Positions 24,517-39,655 are shown, counted from the first letter of the stretch. The stretch: 64,000 bases of DNA from Azolla caroliniana (GCA_043228905.1 JBHGNT010000002.1:7998001-8062000), one strand, 5' to 3'. Translations and numbers: made by a program. The notes: a model not told the origin generated them from the sequence alone.

Positions 24517-27500
24517 ACGTACAGAAGGAGTATCAGGAAGTCGTCTCCTTTGAACTTCTTCACAAACACGCAGTGATCGACGTGCGTCTTGTGGTACCCT
24601 GGATCAGTCATGAAGGAGTCGAACTTCCGGTACCATTGCCGGGGGGCCTCCTTCAACCCGTACAGGCTCTTCTTCAACCGGCATACCAGGTGCTCCTTCT
24701 CTTTCTCCACGAATCGTTCCGGTTGCTGCATGTAGATCTCCTCTTCGAGGTTGCCGTGAAGGAATGCCGTCTTCACGTCTAGCTGCTCTACCTCGAGGTC
24801 CATGCTTGCCGCTATACTCAGCACCGTCCGATGGAGGTCATCTTTACTACCGGGGAAAATATCTTGTGGAAGTCCACGCCCTTCTTCTGCTGGAACCTCT
24901 TCACCACGATCCTGGCTTTGTATCTCGGGGTGTTGCCGACATCTCCCGGTTTCAACTTGTACACCCACTTATTTCAGAGTGCCCGCTTTCCTTTCGGCAA
25001 CTCCACCAATTCGTACGTATGGTTCTCATGCAGGGAATCCATCTCATCCTGCATGGCACTTAACCATTTGCAGCTGTGGGCGTCACTTTTGGTCTTGGCC
25101 GGTTCCGGTTTCAACCTCCTCTACTTCTTCTTCTACCGGTTCGGTATCCTCACCGCAACCGGCTGGTTCCTCGATTGCTAACCGTTCTCTTGCCGGTTGG
25201 GTTTGCTCATTGTAGAATAGATCCTTACCTGTCGAATCAGAGTTCATTATCTTCTTCTCCGACTCCCAGTCGGCGAGCGTCTTGTCCTCCATGAAGATAA
25301 TATCTCGACTCCGGAATACCTTCTTGTCGACCAGGTCCCACACTTGGTAGCCGAACTCATCGTCGTCGTAACCGAGGAATATGCATGGCTGGGTCTTCGG
25401 ATCTAGTTTTCCTCTCCAGTCCTTAGCTACATGCACATATGCAAGACACCCGAATACCTTCAGATGCTGGTAGGACACTTCTTTACCGGTCCAGACTCTC
25501 TGTGGCGTGTCTCCGTCCAAGGGTACTGAGGGTGATCTGTTTATCACATACGTCGCTGTCGACAGCGCCTCAGCCCAAAACGCCTTGGGTAGTTTTGCAT
25601 GCGCTAGCATACTCCGGACCCTCTCCATTATGGTCCGGTTCATCCTCTCGGCCAGCCCGTTTAGTTCCGGCGTCTTCGGCATGGTAAATTCGAGCCGGAT
25701 TCCCTTCGAGCGACAGTACTCCTCGAACTGCCCCCGATATTCACCTCCGTTATCTGCTCGAACCGCCTTCAGCTTCCGACCGGTCTCTCTTTCCACTCTC
25801 GCGTGGAGCTCTTTGAAGACGGATAACACCTGATCCTTCGTCTTCAACGGTGTGGCCCACAACTTTCGGCTGTGGACATCTATGAACGTCACGAAGTACT
25901 ACGATCCTGCATGTGACTTCGTGTCCATTTGACACACATCAGTATGCAACAACTCCAGTGATGCATTACGTCTCATCGGTGGTCTCGATCGGAAAGAGGT
26001 CTGGTTTTGTTTACTTGCCAGACAATCAGTGCACTTCTCCAAGTGCACGTTCTTCACTAGAATGAGGTTGTCGTCTGCAAGCCTCTTCATCCCCTTCTCG
26101 CTGATGTTACACAACCTCTTGTGCCACAGCTCATCGGCAGTGTCAGATGCCATGTTCAATTCCTCCGGACATAACCGGGCATTCATCAGGTACAACGTGT
26201 TGACCTTCCCGGCCCGAGCCACAATCATGCTCCCTTTGCTGAACTTCATAACACCATTCTGGATGCTACCTGTGTAGACTTCATCCTCTAGTCGACCGGC
26301 TGATATCAGGTTCAGAAGAACCTCCGGAACGTGTCGGACATCCTTCAGCAGCAGCTTGCATCCGGTTGGCGTTGTCAACCATACGTCTCCTATGCCAACA
26401 ATTCGGCATGTACCTTCATTCCCCATTCGGACACAGCCGTGATCACCGACTGAGTAGGATGAGAAGCATTTCTGGTCCGGGGTAAGGTGGAACGACGCTC
26501 CAGAGTCGACCACCCAGGTCATCTCGTCTTCGGCAAGGTTTATTTCACTCTCCTTGGTGATGAGCATCAATGTTGTCTAGAGGACAGAAATGTAAAATTA
26601 GGAAATTCGCAAACGGCGGTAGTGTAACCGAGTAGGAAAGAACGCCAGCGAGTGCGGAGTCCGAGTATCACGGGCCACCGACGTCTCGGCTGTGTATTAG
26701 GGGAAACGTTATTTAAACAATGTCAAGTACCTCAGAGGAGGGGGGGGAAGAAAAGTATAGGCGGAAGCATTAGCAAATTCTATCATAACTAGATACTATT
26801 GTAAGGTCACCGGCCGTAGGCCGCACTCTGTAACCCTTTTTCTGTCGCATTAATACATATCTGTGATTGTACCCATCTTGCTCCATGAGTCTATGTTTTC
26901 TCTCGTGTTTCTGAATTTAGCGCCGTCCACACCTATCAAGATCTCACTAGTGTTCCATCTCGGATTATTTTCTACCTCACGACGCCTCTGTTTACGAGCC
27001 TTCATGTAACACATCCTTTGCTACCGATAACCTCAGGTCTATCGAAGGTGTCACCCAAAGGAACGGGTAACACAATTTGGCACGCCCGGTTACACCTGTG
27101 AGTGCACAACGAACTTCGTTGAAGGTAACTACCAGCCGCCGTTACGGCGCCCTCTCGCACCACGAGGTCTCGGCCACCTGCTCGACGCCCTGAGCTAGTT
27201 GAAGGAACATCCGACTCGGCGGTCACTGACCAATCTTTTCCCGAGCAATCGGAGGCTTCCCCAGTGCAATCCTCGCCACTGGACACTCAATCCAGAGTTG
27301 ATTCCCCACCACAACCCCCGCCAAGCCCTCCGGAGGTCACTCAACCGGAACTAAACCCTTTCCCGGTGCTACCAGAAGACCCAGAGTACGACATCATGCC
27401 GTACCCATACCCACGTTACACCAACGAACCAGACGCGGAGTCACACATCCGTGCCTTCATATCTACGTGGCAGGCCAACCACTCAACGCACCGCCTCACG

Positions 27501-28226
27501 CCGACCGAAATCGATGCCTCAAAGATTGCCGAGTTCACACTCTCCCTCCATGGACCGGCCGCACGATGGTACTCTCTCCTTGCACTAGGAGAGGGAACCA
27601 CCTTCCAAATCGTGTGCACAAAGTTCCTTGAACTCTTTCATCGCGAGGTGCCCAAACGGGAACTGCTCCGACAATTCTTCTCGATATGCCAAGAACCGCA
27701 CGAAATGGTCGCACAGTTCACAATCAGGTTCCAGGATCTCTACCGACAAGTGGCCGATGATGTCTCGGCACAACATATACCGGACATTGTCATGTCCAGT
27801 TTACGAGAGCCTCTCCGAACAACTCTCGCACTTACAAATTTTGCCAACCAAACTATCGAGGAAGTCATAGCGCGAGTCCTCGCCCTCGATCGATCCCAAC
27901 ACGGCGCGGACTTCTCTATGACCTCCCTACAGAATGCCCTTCCACAGGAGGACAACCGCTTTCGCCAAGCCCTCCAATGCACGATCTGTTCAGGCTCGGG
28001 TCACCTAGCTCTCGAATGCCCTCATCGCCCACAGTGTCCAATTTGCCAATCGCGATCTCACACCGTCGAACAATGTGACTACAACATGCTCAATCGCACT
28101 ACAACTGCACCAGTTCGCCAGATCGAGCCCAGGAACACGTACTCTCGACAGGATGAGTGTAATTCCTACCGAGACAACGATAACGATCGACCAAGATCAC
28201 CAGATAGCCGACGCCGGGACGACGAT

Positions 28227-28376
28227 TTAACATGAAGTTGGGATAGAAGTCTATATTTTGAATAGTAGTTTAAACAAAGCTCCATCGACGAAATCAAAAA
28301 ACCTATGCTTTGGTAATCAGGTTCAAAAGGAATACTAGATTGGGTGGGGGTTCCTCGTTGGCCCCCCCCCCCCCCC
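28227..28376. other. 150-bp AT-rich insertion ending in C15, inside the Gypsy gag
   Basis: Composition shift; the gag frame (DDD|SRNDRRD) is restored when it is removed. Confidence 0.6.
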
Positions 28377-31300
28377 AGTCGAAATGACCGCCGGGATCGC
28401 TATCGTGACGACCGGAACGACGATTATGATCGTTACGACGATGATGGGGATGACAGGTATGATCGGCAAAACGGAAACCGCAACTCACGTAACAATAGAA
28501 GGAACAACGACAACCGCCGACGAGATGCTCCTCCAAATGACCAGCGGAACACCAATGCACCTCGGACCAACCCACCACCAAACGAGACAGGGAATCAACC
28601 GCAATAGCTTCCACACATAGACCGGGGCTGACACCAGCAACTCGGCCAACGTTACGTGTTTTAAATGTAACCAACTCGGCCACTATGCCACACAATGCCC
28701 AACAACCGACCGTGGCAAAGCACCTGCGGTGAACAGTATCATGGCCGATGTTCAAACCGTCACAACCCGGAGTAAAGCACAGACTACACAGTGGAAAATC
28801 CAAGACGAAGTCCGTCAGGCAACAAAAGAATGGATCGACACGGCCAATAAAAAGAATGCTGTGCGCATGTAAACTGACATGAGAGACGTGCCCATCGAAG
28901 CACCACAAACCTCGGTACCATCCACGTCGACGGAGGACGACCAACTATGGGATGTTCTTACCAACTCCCGCATCTCGTTGCCCCTACATAAACTGTTACC
29001 ACTCATGCCGAGATTTCGGGACACCCTGGCGGCACTCCAGGCCAATACTAAGCCCGTGACGCCACCGGTACACCTCATCGAAGCAGGAACAGGTCCACCA
29101 CTCATGGATTCTCAGAACCCAGCCGTGTGAATCATCATTAAGGGACAAGACCTGCATGGATGCATCATCGACGGCGGATCCGGCGTAAACGTTATTAGCG
29201 AGTCAACGTGTCACAACCTCGGCCTGAATCAATGGGAACCATGCCCCTTTTGGCTTCGGATGGCCGACACCCGCTCCGTTCGCCCCATTGGTTTAATCCG
29301 CCATCTCGACTTCACACTCGGAGGCCACATGTTCACGATCTCGGCCGTCGTGCTAAGACTGGAGACACAAGGCGCCTACCCAATGTTACTAGGTCGACCA
29401 TGGTTGCGTACAACAAATATGAAGCAACGTTGGCAACGCAACATGATCTCGTTCCGAAGAGGCAAGACAAAAGTCCGAATCATCACTGAAGAACGAGTCC
29501 CCGTCGCCCTCAACACTTCGCCATTATACGCGGAAGAAGTCCATATGCTGGATGGTTTGGCCGATGAGGAGGTCGATGACTTCCTAGATGATCATCCCAC
29601 GATCATCCCTCTCTTCGAAATCAATGCCATACCAACCATCGTGCCACCTAAAGATGAGGAAGTCACGGAGGAATCACCACCCCAAGATGAACTAGATCCA
29701 ACCACAGTTGCCGAGCTACGCCATGCTCGGGATGCTTTCGAACGGAACTCGCCATTTTACAATGAGTCAAAGCATCAACCCTGTAAACAATAAACCTTGG
29801 CTCAGACGAGAATCCCCGTACGTTACAAATTGCCAATAATCTACCAACCGGAGAATGGGCATCCCTCGTACGATTGCTCACCGACTACCAGGATGTTTTC
29901 GCTTGGTCTTACACTGATATGAAGGGACTGGATCCTCAATACTACCAACATCAAATCCACCTCTTACCCGACACTCGGCCGGTTCAGTAGAGGCGATACA
30001 GGATGAACCCCAACTACGCCGCTAAAGTCAAAGAGGAAATCGACAAACTACTCTGATTGGGCTTCATTCGCCCTGTTAAACGGGCCACGTGGTTGAGCCC
30101 GATCGTAGTAGTCCCAAAGAAGAATGGAAAAATCCGCGTCTGCGTCGACTATCGGAAGCTTAACGCGGCAACAGTCACCGACGGTTTCCCTCTCCCCTTC
30201 ACGGACAGCGTCCTCGACACGGTAGCCGGCCACGAATGCTACAGTTTCCTCAACGGGTTCAATGGCTATAACCAGATAAGAATGCACCCGGAGGATCAGG
30301 AGAAAACCGCTTTCGTCACGGAATGGGGTGTTTTTGTGGCAGAAGTAATGATGTTCGGTCTAAAAACGGCGCCGGCTACGTTCCAGCGAATCATCGCCGA
30401 AATCTTTCATGACTACATCCCGACATTCATGCTAGTCTTTCTCGACGATTTCGCCGTGTATGGCCATCGACGGGAACACATGACCCAGTTACGACTCTGC
30501 CTGGACCGATGTTGCCAAGCTCGATTGAGCTTAAACCTGGCAAAATGCTCGTTCTTAGTCACCAGTGACAACCTTCTAGGCCACATTGTTAGTCAAGAAG
30601 GCATCGCTATGGACCCAGATAAAGTAAAGGCCATCCTGACCGCCTCCGCACCCTCGAACGCTAAGGCACTAAGCCGATTTTTGGGACAGATCCGGTGGCA
30701 CAGCTGAATGATACAACACCTGGCCGATTTCGCGACACCTTTACACGCGGCAGTCCATTGCCTTCCCTTCCAATGGACGTCAATCGAGGACACGACCTAT
30801 CAGACCCTGAAACTAATGCTGTCACATGCCCCGGTGGTCCAGCCTCCGGTTTGCTCTGAACCGTTTCATGTCTTCGTAGATGCTTCGGACATTGCCATCG
30901 GAAGTGCCCTGATGCAATGCACACCCCCGAATTGGTATAGGCCCGTGTACTACGCCAGCCGACGGCTCTCGACCGCGGAAAAGAATTACTCCACCACCGA
31001 GCGGGAGGCCCTCGGTATGATATATAGCATCAATAAATTCCGGCATTACCTCTTGGGCCGGAAGTTTACCTTTCACGTGGATCACTCGGCCCTTCTTTAT
31101 TTGTTCAATAAACAAGCCCTCACCGGACGGTTGGCTCGGTGGATGCTCCTACTCCAAGAGTTTGATTTCCAGATTCAGCATCGACCCGGGGTACAACATG
31201 CCGTCGCCGACTACTTGAGCCGTCTTGAGTCAGGGGAACCGGCGAAAACAACGTACGACGAGCTACCAGATGCCAACCTATTTAACCTGACCACGATGTC

Positions 31301-32646
31301 AGACGATAACGAAGATGAATGGATCACAGAGATGACCCATTTTCTCACTACTGGTTTACCTCCCGAGCACATGTCCCTTGACACGAGAAAACGCCTAGCA
31401 GTGCGTAGCCGGAATTTTTGCCTCGTCTCGGACATTCTCTACCACAAAGGCTCGGACGGCATATGGTGTCGAGCGATTCGGCAATTCGAGAAGAACGCCG
31501 TTCTTCAGGAGGCCCACCAGGGAGTAGCTAGGGGGCACTACGCCGGGGATTCCACGGCAAGGAAAGTTTGGCAAAGCGGATTGTGGTGGCCGACAACGAA
31601 GAGAAACGCTCTCGAGTTTTGCCGGCAGTGCGATTTGTGCCAACGATTGGGGCAACCAATGGAACAGTCACACATGCCACACCAGCTGATTCTTCTATTG
31701 GACCCATTTCAAAAATGGGGTTTGGATTTTGTAGGCCCTTTCAAACCACCCGCGGCCCGTACAGGGAATAGGTATATTATCGTTGCCACGGACTACTGCA
31801 CCAAATGGGTCGAGGCTAAGGCACTCTGAGACAACACGGTGGCATCCATGGCTAAATTCGTGTACGATCATCTTTGGTGCCGTTACGGATGCCCAATCGA
31901 GCTCGTTAGTGACCAAGGTGGGCACTTCATCAATCATATAATACGTGAGCTTACACACCACTACGCGGTGGTGCACAAGAAAAGCACACCATACTACCCG
32001 CAGGCGAACGGCTTGGCGGAATCGACCAATAAAATCCTCCAAACCATACTGAAGAAGATCGTCAATGAAAATAGGACCGATTGGGATGACAAACTCTAGA
32101 GCGCGCTGTGGGCGTATCGTATGACTTTCAAAACAAGCATCCAATCAACCCCCTTTCGAATGGCGTTCAGGTTAGAAGCCGTAATGCCCGTCGAGTTCCA
32201 AGTCCTGAGCCTTCGAGGTCAAATCAAAGCACGGCTCCCCGAGGTCCAATCCGAGCAATACCAGCTGGAACAACTCCTTGAACTCGGCGAAGACAGGATA
32301 GAGAGTATGGCCCAGCTCGAACAACGCCAATGACAACGCAAGGCTTTCGTGGATCGACATTAAGACGGACTGGAGAAGGAGCTCACCATCGGCAAACCGG
32401 TTCTTCGTTTTCAAACACGACTCGAGTCAATGACGGGAAAATTAAGATTTCAGTGGACCGGTCCATTTTGGATTATCGACGAGTTCAACGGGACGTTCCA
32501 GCTCGGCACACTCGCCGGCGAAACTGTCAAAACCTGGGCCAATGGTTTCCGACTTCGACCATATCGAGGCACTACACCACCCAACCCGTCTACCGAGCCA
32601 CACGGCACAAACGAGTTTCGGGATACCCCCATGGAGGAGGCCACGT

Positions 32647-35600
32647 TGTCGAGGTATTCCTCGCGGATGCGTGGAATCAGGCGGGGCCTCGGGGGTCTTG
32701 TACCGAAGAGCAAGAGACAAAGGAGAAGGGAAGGGACCCACTACATGTGGGCATAGATTCACAGGGACACGGCCCTTCGACACAAAGACGCGAGTGGGAC
32801 ACCGACGCAGAGAGACACGAATGTATGTATATATATTAACAAGGACAAACAACAAGAAGCCCGAAGTCGGTTACAACCGAACAGGCCGGCGAACAAATGG
32901 CGATGCCTATTCGTAAACACTCAGAAAGAAAGGAGTAGGTTGGAGGTGCTGCCGGAAGCACTCGGGCATTCTTCAGAGCAGCGTGAGCCTCCCGAAAACC
33001 TGCACAGGAAGAAGCTACGGAGTATGGAAGAGAGAGAAGCCTTCTGCCGGCAACCCGACAACACTTCGTCTTCTCTAACCGCGATACCCTCCTCCTCCTC
33101 GTCTCCCCCCTTTTATAGGCAAGAAAGGAGCCGTTTCCCATTAACTTCCTTCCTACCGAATCTACCTACCTAGGATCTTCTATGTACCTAATTCTCTCTT
33201 ATGTACAACATAAGGCGCACGTGCATGAAGAGCCGGTTCCTACGCTCCGGTGCACCGATTCCGCTTGTGGACGGTTTTCTTCACGACATCCGCCCCCACC
33301 TAACCGCGCATCCACCGGCATGCGCCAAATTGAGTTGGGACGGAGAAAACCGGTCCAGCCTTCATTCCCCGCCCGTTGGTTCTTCCTCAGTTTCGGATCG
33401 TTCGTCGTCCTGGTCCAGGTTAACCGGATCCGGCTCGTCATCGTGACGCTTCTTGAACGCTTTGATCCGCTTCCCAGCTACCGGTATCGCTATTCTCGTG
33501 CCGTCGAGTTCCGCCAGATGGTACGTCCCGTTGTCGTTGGCGCTTTGTACCACGTAAGGCCCGAACCACCTTCTTGCGAACTTCCGTGTCGCTGGGTGCT
33601 GGTTGTCGAGGCTGCTGTCGTAGACAAGCACCCAGTCGCCTTCCTCGATCTTCTTCGGTCGGAGCCGGTGCGTTCGGTCGAACCGGGCTTTGTTCCTCAT
33701 CCTTGCTTCCCGAAGCTTTCCCGCAGCCTGCTCCACGTCCTCCGGCCTTCGCTCGAGCTGACGTATGCGCGCAGCTAATAGTTCCTCCCGGCTCATCTCG
33801 TCTCTCCAGTCCACGGTTGCCCATGAGAAGATCGTACGTTCCATCGGCATGATCGGCTTCTGCCCAAACATGAGCTCTGCCAGCATGAATCCGGTTACCG
33901 AACTGTGCGTAGTTCGGTCAGCCCACAACGCGTAAGGCAGCCGCGGCCAGTTCCCGACTTGACCTCCGCATGCCTGAACTAACGCCTTGACGATCGGCCC
34001 GTGTCCGCGCTCCACCTTTCCATTCGCCTCCGGATTGTACGCAATGGTAAGCGAGAGCTTGACTCCTAGCCGGTCGAACAGCTCCTCGGCCTCTTCGGCG
34101 TCCAACTCCCCGCGATCAGCCACGATCTTCCCGACGCACCCATACATGCATATCACGTCCTCGATCAGGAACCGACATACGACTGTGGTCGTTTTGTTCT
34201 AAAGGGCCCGGCCTTCCACCTGGTTTGTCAGATCTTCCCGAGCCAGGACCAGATACCGCATCTGTCCTACTCCCATCGGCATCGTCACCAGGTCTACCAT
34301 CCATTTGAAGTGGATGGTCGGAGGGTACGTAGGGTGAAGCCCGTCCCGATGTCGGACTATGGAGTGCATCTGACAGCTCTCACAAGTTGTCACGAACCGA
34401 TGCACGTCCCGGTACAGTCCCGACCACCAGTACTTCCCCTTTATCTTCTCGAACGTGGCCCACGTTCCTCGGTGTCCAGCCCAAGGGCTGTCGTGGTAGG
34501 CCGTCATCAGCTCCTCCTGTTCTTCCTTCATCGCCACCACCTGGAGCGGGACGCCGTTCCTCTTCTTCGGGTGCTTCCATAAGTATCCATCCCGGAGAAG
34601 GAATCGGTATGCTTTCTTCCGGATCCGGTTGGCCTCGTCTCTCGTCCATGACGCATCCGGCGTCATTGTCCTCAAGAAACCACCGATCTGCAGCCACTCG
34701 CCGTCGTAATTGCTCTCGTCGAAGCCGTTAAGTGCCGGAGTGCTCGTCCCATCGATCGTCACGTACGCCGCCTCGAAGAAGTCCACGCCGACTTCTTCGT
34801 CCTCCAAAACCATGCCGCCCTCGTCATCAAACCTCGCCCTCGAAAGCATGTTGGCCATGGCGTTGTCCTTTCCGGAAATGTGCCGTATTTCCGGGTCCAG
34901 GGACTTGATGTACGCTATCCACCTGAGCATCGCCAGGTCCGGTGTCGCGCATCTGGAAACCATGCCGAGAATTGGCAGGCAATCCGTCCCGATAATCACT
35001 TCTGTCCCGATCAGGTAGTCTTTGTCGGCCTTTACTGTTGAAACGATACCCCAGAGTTCACGTTTAACCTGGGCGTACCCTCGCTGTTGCTCACTGAGGA
35101 CCTTCGCGCCGAATCGGATTAGGAACCGAATGCCGTCCTCGTCTTCTTGGTTGACGACCCATCCGATCCCGGACGGACTCGTATCCACCGTTATGTATAC
35201 CGGGGTACCCTTCTCGTAGACAGCCTTCTGGAGCGCAGGTGCTGCCGCCAGAGCTTCCTTCAGCTTCCGGATTGACTCCGTGTGCTCGTCTCGCCACTCG
35301 AATTTTCGCCCCTTCTTCCGCAACCCATATAGTGTCTCCGCAACGTGGGCGTAATGTGGGATCCATATGTGGTAGAATGCGCATGCCCCCAGGAACCTCC
35401 GAACTTCCGTAACCGAGCTACAGTCGGTCTTCATCGCGGAGATGGCTTCTACCTTTGCCGGAGACGGCTTCCGGCCATATGGTCCACATAGGTGTTCGAC
35501 CACCAGGATTTCTGATTGCCCGAAGGCCGATTTCTCCCCGGAGAAGGTGAGCCTCGCATCCTCTAGCCTTTGTAGCACCTTCTCGCAGTCGTCGATGTGT

Positions 35601-38600
35601 GTTTTGTCGGCATCCGTCCGGTCCGAGTGTTGCGTCCTTCTCTTCCACCGGGCACCCCTTGATCGGGATGTCGTCTAGAAATGGCATGGTGATGTCCGGG
35701 ATGCAATCCCTCAGTACCTTGTTCATTGCATTCACCATGTGGGCCACCGAGTTGGTCCCTCCTTGTGGCAGGGTACACATTCGCACTAGGCCGAGGGGAG
35801 TTCGCATCGTCGTAATGTCTCTGCTCTCCACAGCTAGCTGGAACTAGTCGTACCCCGAGTACAGATCACCGATCGAGTAAATCGACCTTCCGGCGAAGGC
35901 CTCCGCGAACTCGTCTATGGTCGGTCCGATTCCTGCGTTCCGAATGGTCACTCTGTTGACCGGCTGCAGGTCTTGAATGAAGCGCAATGTTCCGTTTTTC
36001 TTTGGTACGGTAAACCATCGGTTCAAGTATGGGGCACTCGACGGTTCGAGAATGCCCATATCCACTTTTTGCCTCAATAGCTCCATCAACTTCGGGATGT
36101 GAGCTCTCGGTACTGGAATCGGCTTGAGATTCCACGACACATGCGGTACCGTGAATATCACCATCGGCTCCACGATTGTCGGGTCTGCGTACCCGATCTC
36201 TTCCGGTAGAATGCGAAGGCTTTCCCGTGCCTTCCGAGCATTCTCCGAAACCGGTCTTCCTCCGCCGGCAGTAAGAACCCGCCCCCACCTATTTTGAACT
36301 CCCGGAGCGTCCCGTCGGTGAAGGTGTGTCCTATGCAGACCGGATCTCGTAAGCTGGGGTCCGATGCAACCCCTCTGATTCGGGACTCGCTGCCCTCCGG
36401 TAAGGGTGCCGCGACTGGCCTTACCTTCCGGTCCACAGTCTTGTACTTCGTGCTAACTCGGGCCGTCCGATCCGACTGGAGCCCCTGACTGAAGTTCGCG
36501 ATGACTTCGTACATCTCTTCGGAACATACCGGTATCGTCCGGTCTTCGTTAAGGTCTTCTTCGGCTACCTTCCTCAGCATCCCCAAGGTGTCATCGAAGG
36601 AGACCGCCTCCACGGTCCCGCTGATTTCCTCGTCCGGGCCGAGAACTCCGCACGCTCGAAGTTGCTCCTCCGCCCTTGCCCTTTCTCGGCCAACGATGCC
36701 GACTATCATACACCCTCTGTTGTTGGAGAAGCAGAATTTTCTACCTATCATACAAGGTTTCTTCGGTTTCGGTTCTATCGTACAACTGTGGGGTCTTTCC
36801 CGAGTGTCCGGACTGTCTCGGCCCCACGCCTTGGCAGCCCTCTCTAAAATCCTCTCGGTTCTCGCCACTGAGGGATTCGCGGTTTCGCTCGTGGTTCGGC
36901 CACACCGTCAGAAATTGGACCGAATGGCGCCCGTCCTAGCTTTTGACCCTCGTGTAGGCCGAACCGTTGTCCAGCACCTTGGTCTCCATTCGCACCGCCG
37001 TGATGTATGGTTCCCCTAATATGACCGGGTGCGAGGACGTCTCCTGTACGAAGAAGTGCTGGTCAATCTCGACGTCACCGATCTTGACTCGCACGTTCGG
37101 GCAGGCCCCGTGCAGTTCCTCTGTGGCGCGCGTTGCCGCCCGTATCTTCCACCCGTGCTTGGTGTTGATCGGCCATTTTCCCTTCTTGTAGAAGTCCATG
37201 GACATCAGGTTTATTTCCGAACCGTGGTCCACCAGTGCCACCACCGGTTCCTGGACATCTCCGATCTTTACCGGGGTCTCCATGGTCGCTCGGGCCTAGT
37301 GTGGCCTCGAATAGGGGCTCTCCGCCCACTCATCTTCCAACACCATGTCGTCGATGTGCGTCGTCCACACCTCCACCAGTCTTTCCAGTTCCGTCTCCGT
37401 CGACGGCCTCTTCCGCTTCACCAAGTCCACAATGGAGTCGTGGAACTCCTTCTTAGCGATCCCTAGCACCTCCCGCAATGACAGCTCCACTTTGCTGTCG
37501 AGGATCCGTTCTTCTAGGACCTTTCGTAGGTCCGTGGCCCTTTCTATTTCCGTCCCTAATCGGTATCCGCCCTTCCTGGGGTTATCTTGCGCGCTGGACC
37601 CACCGGCTTCGTTCCGTCGTTGCCCGAATCGGGTCTCGTATCGTTGTGAGGGCCCGGCCGCTCCGGCTTTCCCCACTTGTTTGTCTTCTACCAGAGCCTC
37701 GTAGTTCCGGCAGGCGGCTTCTATGAAGCCCGTCTTCTCCTCGACCGGGTCGCTCCACCCAGTTATTTCCCGGACCCGTCTCTCAGCGCGGTCCGCTTCA
37801 TCTTTCCTCAGCCGTGCGCCGGCGAGGCCTTCCAGCATTGCCGACTAGAATCTGTCTTTGCTCTCCTTTCGGGCCTCGCTATCCCCGACCGGAATGCCGG
37901 CCGACGCCGAGTAGTGGATGGGCTCCACGTGTCGGGCCGCTGCCTCTTCCATCAGTCTCTTCATACCTCCTCGCCCGTCGTTTCGGTTTAGGGCCCTTCT
38001 GGTGTCGCTGGCGTGCACCCGGCCTTCCCACAGGTACACCACCCGGTTCCTCAACGCCTCTGCGAAATCGCCGCAGTCCTTCCGGATGTGGCCGACCTCG
38101 TCGCACCACATGCACCTGTTCCCTGCTGCCGGCCGTCGGTCACGAGCCGGTTCGCTGCCTTCCCTTCGAGCCTGGGCGATCTGGAGATCCTTTATCGCCC
38201 GCGTCAACTCCTCCAGCGCTGCTCCTCCGGACGAGCCATTGACCATGCCGGTCGAAGCCGAACCGGTTTCGAGCCACTCCCGGGTCTCTTCCCTTCGCCC
38301 TTGCGGTGCCGGTTCAAGCCTCCTTACTGTGACAGAGCCTGCACCGGCCGCCCCGTTATCAGCCCATTCTCGCCGTTTGTCGAAACGGCCATAGACTCTC
38401 TTAACCGCAGCCCAGTCGGTCGTCAGCCCGTCTTCGGTTTCCAGCAAGGAGCCGACTTGATCCCGGTCCCGTTCGTCCACCGACTTGACAAACAGTAGGA
38501 CCCGGCTCGTATCCAGAACGGTTCGGTCAAGTGCCGAAAGGCGCGCAAAGCGTTCCTCAAACTCTCGGAGGAGTACCGACACGTTTCTTCCCTTGCCGGG

Positions 38601-39655
38601 GGACTCCACCCATTCCATGAAGTCTCGTTTCGAAAGCCGGAGCGCGTCGTCCAGCCCGTATTTTTCTAGGAGTCGGCCTTCGAACTCCTCCCAAGTACGG
38701 CTCTCTGCCCGTACCTCGAGCACCTCCGCATGGATGCTCGACATTGCCACTTGAGGGAACCCGGCAAGACGCCTCTCTTCCGGAATGTCCCGCATCAGCA
38801 TTTCTGCCCCGTAGGACGCCAAATACTTCGTGGCATCCTTTCCGCTGAACCGGCCGATCGTACCGACGACCACCTCAATGGCTTTGTCGAGGGCGCCGGT
38901 GCGCTCGCGTGCGCTCAATATCCGATCCACGGCCGAAGCCATGGCCTCCGCAAGATCCGACCCCTTCATCTTCTGCTCTTCTACCGCCTCGTTCACGTCG
39001 GGTTCACCAAGATGTCGAGGTATTCCTCGCGGATGCGTGGAATGAGGCGGGGCCTCGGGGGTCTTGTACCGAAGAGCAAGAGACAAAGGAGAAGGGAAGG
39101 GACCCACTATGTGTGGGCGTAGATTCATAGGGACACGGCCCTTCGACACAAAGACGCGAGTGGGACACCGACGCAGAGAGACACGAATGTATGTATATAT
39201 ATTAACAAGGACAAACAACAAGAAGCCCGAAGTCGGTTACAACCGAACAGGCCGGCGAACATATGCCGATGCCTGTTCGTAAATGCTCAGAAAAGAAAGG
39301 AGTAGGTTGGAGGTGCTGCCGGAAGCACTCAGGCATTCCTCAGAGCAGCGCGAGCCTCCCGAAAACCTGCACAGGAAGAAGCTACGGAGTATGGAAGAGA
39401 GAGAAGCCTTCTGCCGACAACCCGACAACACTTCGTCCTCTCTAACCGTGATACTCTCCTCCTCCTCGTCTCCCCCCTTTTATAGGCAAGAAAGGAGCCG
39501 TTTCCTATTAACTTCCTTCCTACCAAATCTACCTACCTAGGATCTTCTATGTACCTAATTCTCTCTTATGTACAACATAAGGCGCACGTGCATGAAGAGC
39601 CGGTTCCTACGCTTCGGTGCACCGATTCCGCTTGTGGACGGTTTTCTTTACGACA
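32647..39655 (-). mobile_element. Full-length Ty3/Gypsy with tRNA-Trp-type PBS
   Basis: LTRs 32647-33288 and 39013-39655, PBS TGGTGAACCCGACGTGA (- strand), PPT GGTGGGGGCGGA, flanks CCACGT/CCGCGT. Confidence 0.92.
33362..38969 (-). pseudogene. Gypsy gag-pol (gag CCHC, PR, RT, RH, INT) with stops and frameshifts
   Basis: CMWCDEVGHIRKDC, LVDHGSEINLM, LPQGGTNSV, FLDDIPIKG, YNPEANGKVER. Confidence 0.9.

Larger units (their letters stand above)
18377..26570 (-). mobile_element. Tnt1-like Copia (3' LTR 18377-19096, RH-RT-INT-PR); gag and 5' LTR displaced by the Gypsy at 26571
   Basis: LTR is the reverse complement of the family LTR. The RT YVDD motif is split by the element at 20084-24516. There is a ~160-bp internal deletion near 25092. 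Confidence 0.9.
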
